This document shows positions 61,342 to 64,000 of a stretch of DNA of 64,000 bases, piece by piece. Source of the stretch: Podarcis gaigeae (Eukaryota); the NCBI GenBank assembly GCA_964106915.2, contig OZ066918.1. The stretch is one strand, 5' to 3'. The stretch's first letter is position 1. Each line of letters begins with the position of its first letter. Under the pieces are notes generated by a model, which was not told the DNA's origin, did not search any database, and was given only the letters and a program-made list of their open reading frames with translations. Both the position numbers and the translations under genes were made by a program.

Positions 61342-62214
61342 CTAGAAAAAATAAAATAAAGTGAAAATGTAAAGTTGAGTTTACTTGAAAAGTAATGGCT
61401 AAAGCTGGTTTCAAGGCCTGGAAACAAAAAGATAAAAATAGTTCATGCCAATTTAATGCTACTTCTGCACATATATCAACACAATGTATTAGAATTCTTT
61501 CTTTGCCACTTCCATGTGGCCTGCATTCAAAAAAATGAACCACAACTGTTAAAATTTTCATGCCATATAAAAATACACAGCCTATTAATAGATACACTGT
61601 TCTGTAAAGTCTTAAAGGCAAGCTGAGAAACATTACGTGAACACATATCAAACATATCAAAAAGACTGGGCAATATCCAATTAGTCAAAGTCAGAGTAAA
61701 TGAGTATGGATATCACTCATCCAGTTCCAAGGGAACCTATAACAAGAAGAGGTTTCTCACCTCAGGCTATTTTAAAGGTTTTAGATCATCTTGGAGAAAA
61801 TATATACTAGATTCTGACTATATACAGAAGAAAGATCTCTCTTAAGTCAATATCTTAAGACCTTGGTCCTATCATCCACCTTCAATCCAATGCCTCTTTG
61901 AATTCAATGCTTTGTTTTGAAACAAGCTAAAAGTCAGTCAAAGACTGTGCTCCCTTGTGGAGATGTTTCTGAGTGCTATAGAGAAGCGGTTTCTTTCAAA
62001 ATTTCAATGGCTGTTAACTGGAGTGAAAAACGTGTACAGCTCAGTTAAACTAAGGAACCTGGGAATATTTTTGTAACTTTCTCTCTTAAAAACGGATACT
62101 TTTTCAGGGGTGAGTGAGATAATCGCTCAATAATATATTAGAAATTCATTAAACCCAATACAAAACACTTTAAAGCCTTCACTTGATTAAAACTGATTCC
62201 ATGATCCTCTAGCA

Positions 62215-62617
62215 CAGGCACGTCCAACAGGTAGATCGCAATCTACCGGTAGATCGCGGGGTGTTCCTGGCAGATCTCTGGTCCCTCAGGGATCTCCTTC
62301 CCCCAAAATAAAAAAATTAAAAAGAATTTTAAAAAAGCTCAACCACTTTGCCTTTCCAAAAAAAGCTCAGCAACTTTTGCTTCCTAGCAAAAAAATTGGA
62401 CCATCAGATAAAGGTCCACTATTTGACTGCGGATTCAGGACCCTTATTCAGCAATGCTTATTCAGTTCCATTCATTCATATATTCAGTTCCATTCATTCA
62501 TTTGCTCCCTAAAAAAAAAGCTCAACAACATTGATCCATCAAACGACAATGGGTATCTCACTGCCAGTTTTTTATACTGTGAGTAGATCGCAGTCTATTG
62601 GGAGTTGGACGTCCCTG
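62215..62617. mobile_element. hAT (Charlie-like) non-autonomous element
   Basis: TIR CAGGCACGTCCAAC ... GTTGGACGTCCCTG (1 mismatch), perfect 8-bp TSD CTCTAGCA at 62207 and 62618; subterminal GTAGATC repeats. Confidence 0.9.
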
Positions 62618-64000
62618 CTCTAGCACACGTAATGACCTTGCTTGAACACAACACTAAGCTATGGTTTACCTGTGTGAGCTGGTCAAAATCTCAGGATTCC
62701 ATAATCCCCATACTCTACTCTTCCAGCATAGCCACAAAATCATCAGATAATTTTGCTTCAGTTTTCACTTAACCAGTTTAACATGTTGTACAAATGTTAA
62801 ACCATGGTTAATCTTAACTATAGTTAGCGAAACAAAGCATCTTCAGAAATTATTGTTTGAAGTTTGCTTGGTTCAGAAAACCATTTTTACGATTGCCCAT
62901 AGTTTGTCTGGCTTTGGATGTCACTACAACCTGTGACTGATCTGATGCTAAAACCTGCAATTTCCTCCACTAAGGAGTAAACCCTAATCAAACCAAAGTG
63001 GAGTCCCTTGTACACCTTCCGGCAACTCCTGCAGCCAACATAACTGCAACATCAACTGATGGGCACCATGATGTCTATCCCAACTCTTAGTAAACATTAT
63101 TTATTAAAAAACTGCTTTTACATTTCTACAATATTGCATCTTTTGCTTCATGTATATCAGTCTTTAATACTCTAAATGGAAAATGAAATGATTGTAAGTC
63201 GTGTGAGTGAGGAATGAATCTTTAGCTTTGAAGAGAAATTCTGCTAACAAGAACAATATGTTTGGAAGAAAGCCTGGCATTTCAACACCACAATAACAAA
63301 ATGCCTGAGATACCTAAAAACCCAGGAACAGCACCTGGTCAGACTCCTGTGAAACAGTCCAGAACAGCACCCCAAGATCACCAGATATTTGATCACCAGT
63401 GTGACTATCTTTTCTCTGATCATGTGGCAATAGCCTGTGGTCACAATAATAGAGTAAAGGGGTGGGGTGAAAACTGAGCAACTGGTCCCCAAGAGCTGGG
63501 GGGGGGGGAGTATAAGTGCCTGGGCAGAAGACAGTATATTTTGGCAAGAGAGGAGGCAAGAACTTTAACCTCACCTGCCCCAGCATGGTATGTTTGATGC
63601 CATAGTCCTAATCCATTCTTTCCTTCATCTCTCCAGACTCCTAGACAAACCATGTATCAACAATTAATGCACAACTAAATTTTCAGTAATTTTTCCTAGC
63701 TCTTGCCTTCGTGATTTGATCAATAGTTTCATAATGAGCAAGACACATCCTTTAATAGTCAACTGAAAAAATGTGCAACTCTCTAATATAAAAGATGATA
63801 GTGCAAATGTGAAAATGAATACTGACAGCTTTTTGGACTATTTGAAGTATCTCCAGTGTTTAGAGGGGGGAAATTGTCTTCAAATATAACAACCATTCAA
63901 TTTTATTTTTAAAGTGTTATGATATTGTTCGAAGCTGCCTCTACAGACCACTTTTTACAGTAGAACAAGGGTGGGGAACTCTGGCCCACAAGGGGTCCCA

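Noticed and set aside
63262-63653. Short ORFs and the repeated CCAG(G)AACAGCACC unit
   Set aside because: No recognisable protein, TIR or TSD; may be an LTR-like relic but cannot be supported

Overview
Vertebrate (squamate, probably lacertid lizard, judged from the Sauria SINEs) genomic DNA holding two convergent, intron-rich genes. On the + strand are STK25 coding exons 3-12 (4480-13504; the start-codon exon is not recognisable in the window) and its 3'UTR. On the - strand are FARP2 coding exons 3-27 (61341 down to 17524; FERM-FA-DH-PH-PH RhoGEF; start exon lies beyond the window). All canonical exons were traced by hand with GT-AG boundaries and continuous reading frame; exon numbers follow the human genes from memory. 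Introns carry Sauria SINEs, CR1 and L2 LINE fragments, Tc1/mariner, hAT and Harbinger-like MITEs, and microsatellites. The most interesting signal is an apparent isoform-switching architecture inside FARP2: (i) exon 13 stays open for 323 further codons past its weak donor, predicting a GEF-less FERM-FA plus acidic-tail protein with FRMD7-like architecture and possibly a very long 3'UTR; (ii) a tandem-duplicated, frame-enforced mutually exclusive exon pair (24a/24b) in the PH1-PH2 linker; (iii) an in-frame 21-nt microexon in PH1, plus a weaker 9-nt candidate after the FA region. None of these alternative exons can be confirmed as expressed from sequence alone.
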